The translations under genes were made by a program, and so were the position numbers. A DNA stretch of 63,325 nucleotides, counting the filler, from Octopus bimaculoides (taxonomy: Eukaryota): the NCBI RefSeq assembly GCF_001194135.2. It is 5 parts of 5 records of this genome, joined end to end, with 100 filler letters (N's around TTAATTAATTAA, not from the genome) between each part and the next. Parts side by side here need not be neighbours in the genome. Positions count along the whole stretch, not along the records: positions 46,608 to 62,031 come from NC_068983.1; positions 62,132 to 63,325 come from NW_026388140.1; 3 more parts are not named here. One strand, 5' to 3'. The stretch's first letter is position 1; each line of letters opens with the position of its first letter. Shown here piece after piece: positions 60,293-63,325 of the stretch. The notes beneath the pieces are model-generated. The model saw only the letters and a list, made by a program, of their open reading frames with translations. It had not been told where the DNA came from and ran no database searches.

Positions 60293-61439
60293 TATATATA
60301 TATATATATATATATTACATCCCCTGCACCCTCCATNNNNNNNNNNNNNNNNNNNNNNNNNNNNNNNNNNNNNNNNNNNNNNNNNNNNNNNNNNNNNNNN
60401 NNNNNNNNNNNNNNNNNNNNNNNNNNNNNNNNNNNNNNNNNNNNNNNNNNNNNNNNNNNNNNNNNNNNNNNNNNNNNNNNNNNNNNNNNNNNNNNNNNNN
60501 NNNNNNNNNNNNNNNNNNNNNNNNNNNNNNNNNNNNNNNNNNNNNNNNNNNNNNNNNNNNNNNNNNNNNNNNNNNNNNNNNNNNNNNNNNNNNNNNNNNN
60601 NNNNNNNNNNNNNNNNNNNNNNNNNNNNNNNNNNNNNNNNNNNNNNNNNNNNNNNNNNNNNNNNNNNNNNNNNNNNNNNNNNNNNNNNNNNNNNNNNNNN
60701 NNNNNNNNNNNNNNNNNNNNNNNNNNNNNNNNNNNNNNNNNNNNNNNNNNNNNNNNNNNNNNNNNNNNNNNNNNNNNNNNNNNNNNNNNNNNNNNNNNNN
60801 NNNNNNNNNNNNNNNNNNNNNNNNNNNNNNNNNNNNNNNNNNNNNNNNNNNNNNNNNNNNNNNNNNNNNNNNNNNNNNNNNNNNNNNNNNNNNNNNNNNN
60901 NNNNNNNNNNNNNNNNNNNNNNNNNNNNNNNNNNNNNNNNNNNNNNNNNNNNNNNNTGGTGCAGTGGTGGTGTGAAGCGCGGAACTATTCCTTTTTGTAC
61001 ATCTATATTTTGTTTAGGAAAATTTACTTTGTTACAATTTACACACTTGAAAACGGTCTACGTCTTATCGTAAGAATAAAGTAGCAATTTATAGCCCATG
61101 TTTTGTTTTTTTTTTATATCGCAGGCTGAAATCTATTAATATTATTATAACTGATTTTTAAAATCGCCGCGTTCAATCTCAGGTTTATTTCAGTAATTAG
61201 AAAATTAGAAAAAAGCAAAGCCAAAAATTTTAATTATAAGGATAAAAGTGGGAGGAATTAAATCATTGTTAAATGGAGACAAAGGCTTGGACATAGTAAT
61301 AAGGTTCATCTCTCCAATATGTCTATTATTACATACAGTGCGTAATAATGCATAACATCGTGAGAATATGATTATGTACACATACACATACATACATGCA
61401 TACATATAAATGTGTGTGTGTATGTTAATGTGTGTCTCC

Positions 61440-61645
61440 TTGAGCAACACACTTTATTTCACGTTCCTCCAGTCCACTCAGCTGGCAAAAATGAGCAGTA
61501 CCTATTATTCAAAGGGCCAGCCTTATCACATTCTGTGTCTCGTTGAATTTCCCTGAAAACTACGTTAAGTGGGTGCTCAGTCACTTGTACATTAATTTCA
61601 CGAGCAGGCTGTTCCGTTGATCGAATCAACTGGATCACTCGTCTA
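61440..61645 (+). mobile_element. SINE family A 3' fragment
   Basis: cacgagcaggctgttccgttgatcg core. Confidence 0.7.
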
Positions 61646-61649
61646 ACAA

Positions 61650-61785
61650 ATCCACGCGCAAGGCCTTAGTCTGCCCGAGGCTATAGTAGAAGACATTTGC
61701 CCAAGGTGCCACACAGTAGAACTGAACCCGCAACTAAGTGGTTGGGAAGCAAGCTTCTTACCATATTGCCACGGCTGCGCCTATA
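61650..61785 (-). mobile_element. SINE family C head
   Basis: Reverse-complement match. Confidence 0.75.
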
Positions 61786-61891
61786 AAGCTTGAGGGTGTT
61801 ATCTTTTATCGTTCACTTGTTTCAGGCATTAGACTAAGGCCATGCTGGGCACCACCTTGAATTTTTAGTGGAATGAATCCACAACAGTAAC

Positions 61892-61927
<36 letters not shown>

Positions 61928-62131
61928 GGAGGGAGAGAGGGGGAGGGAGAGAGAAGAAACAGACAGACAGGCAGACAGACAGAGGGGGAGAGATAGATAG
62001 ATATACATACATATGTATATATATATGTATANNNNNNNNNNNNNNNNNNNNNNNNNNNNNNNNNNNNNNNNNNNNTTAATTAATTAANNNNNNNNNNNNN
62101 NNNNNNNNNNNNNNNNNNNNNNNNNNNNNNN

Positions 62132-63272
62132 AAAGTATGCACCTAAATTATCAACACAATTTTGCCATTTTATCGGTAGCTCATTTCTGCTGGCAGTGAA
62201 GAATTCTGGAGAGCAAAAGGTGATGAAACCATGAGAGGCTGTTTTTACATCTTTTTCAAATTTGAGTTTTTTCCTTGCAAAAAGTTGTCTAATACCTGGA
62301 AAACGTGATCGTCAGTTGGTGCAAGGTCTGGTGAATATGGTGAATGACAGAGTACTTCCAAATTCAGTTCCTGTAACTTGAATAGCATTCTTTGTGCAAC
62401 ATGTGGCCAAGTATTGTCTTGCAAGAGAATTGGCCTGTCTCTATTGACTAATCTCAGTTGTTTAATTGCAAGTTCACTCATCATATCATCCAGTTGGTTG
62501 ATGTAATTGATCATCAAACAGACACCATTAGCTTTTTTTGGTGAATATTCTTTTTTGGATTGTTTTAGTACTTTATCTCTATCCAACTACCATGTAGAAT
62601 GCTTACTACTGTTGAAAAGAATTCATTTTTCATCACACATAACAACAAGATGCAAAAATGGTTTGCTTTTATGCTGTGACAGCAAAGAACAGCAAATTTC
62701 AAGATGATGTGTCATTTGATGCTTTTCATTCCATGTGGTACCCACTTGTCCAGCTTCTCTACCTTGCCAATTTGTTTCAGATGGTCCAATACAGTTGGAA
62801 TTGAAACATCAAACCTTGCTGCAAACTTACATGCAAACTTAGATGTATCCACTTCCACTAAAGTTTCCAGCTCATCATTTTCTACTTTGGCCTCAGGTCT
62901 ACCATGGGGCTGATTTTCAAGAGTAAAGTCACCAGACTGGAACTTCTCAAACCATTGACATACAGTGCGCTCATTTGCCACATCTTCACCAAACACCTCA
63001 CTGATGTTTTGAGCTGTCTGGGATGCATTGGTTCCATGATGGAACTCATATTCATAAACAACACGAATTTTTGATCTATCCATGAGTTCACAAAAATAGA
63101 TTTACTTGAGAAAACTTACAATATAATCAGACACCATGAATCACATTTTGAAAAGTGATAATGCAACTCCTCAATGTTGTAAAACAAAAAATTGTCAGGA
63201 TAAAACATTAGAGTTAATGACTGTCAAACTTAGTGCAGAAGAAAATCAGACATTTCATTCTTAATGACCTAA
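62132..63272 (-). mobile_element. mariner transposon (Hsmar1/cecropia-like), near full length, inactivated
   Basis: TA|TTAGGTC 5' TIR at 63272; ORF pieces with N-terminal HTH, WVPH, LLQDN..PH and YSPDLAPTD, ending WQNCVDNLGAYF; frameshifts; 3' TIR in gap. Confidence 0.92.
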
Positions 63273-63284
63273 TACACATGCATG

Positions 63285-63325
<41 letters not shown>
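63285..63325. repeat. (CA)n microsatellite
   Basis: Dinucleotide run at window end. Confidence 0.95.

Noticed and set aside
5277-60975. Long ORF-track entries (190-402 aa) dominated by X
   Set aside because: They run through N gaps and flanking microsatellites and carry no real coding information

Overview
AT-rich, gap-ridden eukaryotic DNA. The SINE, microsatellite and MITE content resembles an octopus/cephalopod scaffold (inference from repeat style). The ORF track is almost entirely spurious (microsatellites, N runs, antisense frames). Manual splice-site reading recovers five GT-AG exons on the minus strand (46129-37241) that join in frame into the C-terminal ~178 aa of a TMC (transmembrane channel-like, TMC7-like) protein with the PSxxCGPF motif; its upstream exons are not visible. 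An orphan plus-strand terminal exon candidate lies at 25535. The rest is decayed mobile DNA: R4/Dong-type, RTE, L1/Tx1 and Penelope retroelement relics, Tc1, mariner, maT and possibly piggyBac transposase relics, Helitron pieces, MITEs and several SINE families. The most notable hidden signal is three distinct minimal type-I hammerhead-like motifs (six copies, all individually mutated) with palindromic stem III. Two sit sense-oriented in TMC introns on either side of the PSxxCGPF exon, one next to an ~80-bp near-perfect hairpin. A CpG-depleted domain covers ~24.5-46.3 kb. Several duplications and the TTAATTAATTAA inserts are assembly artefacts.
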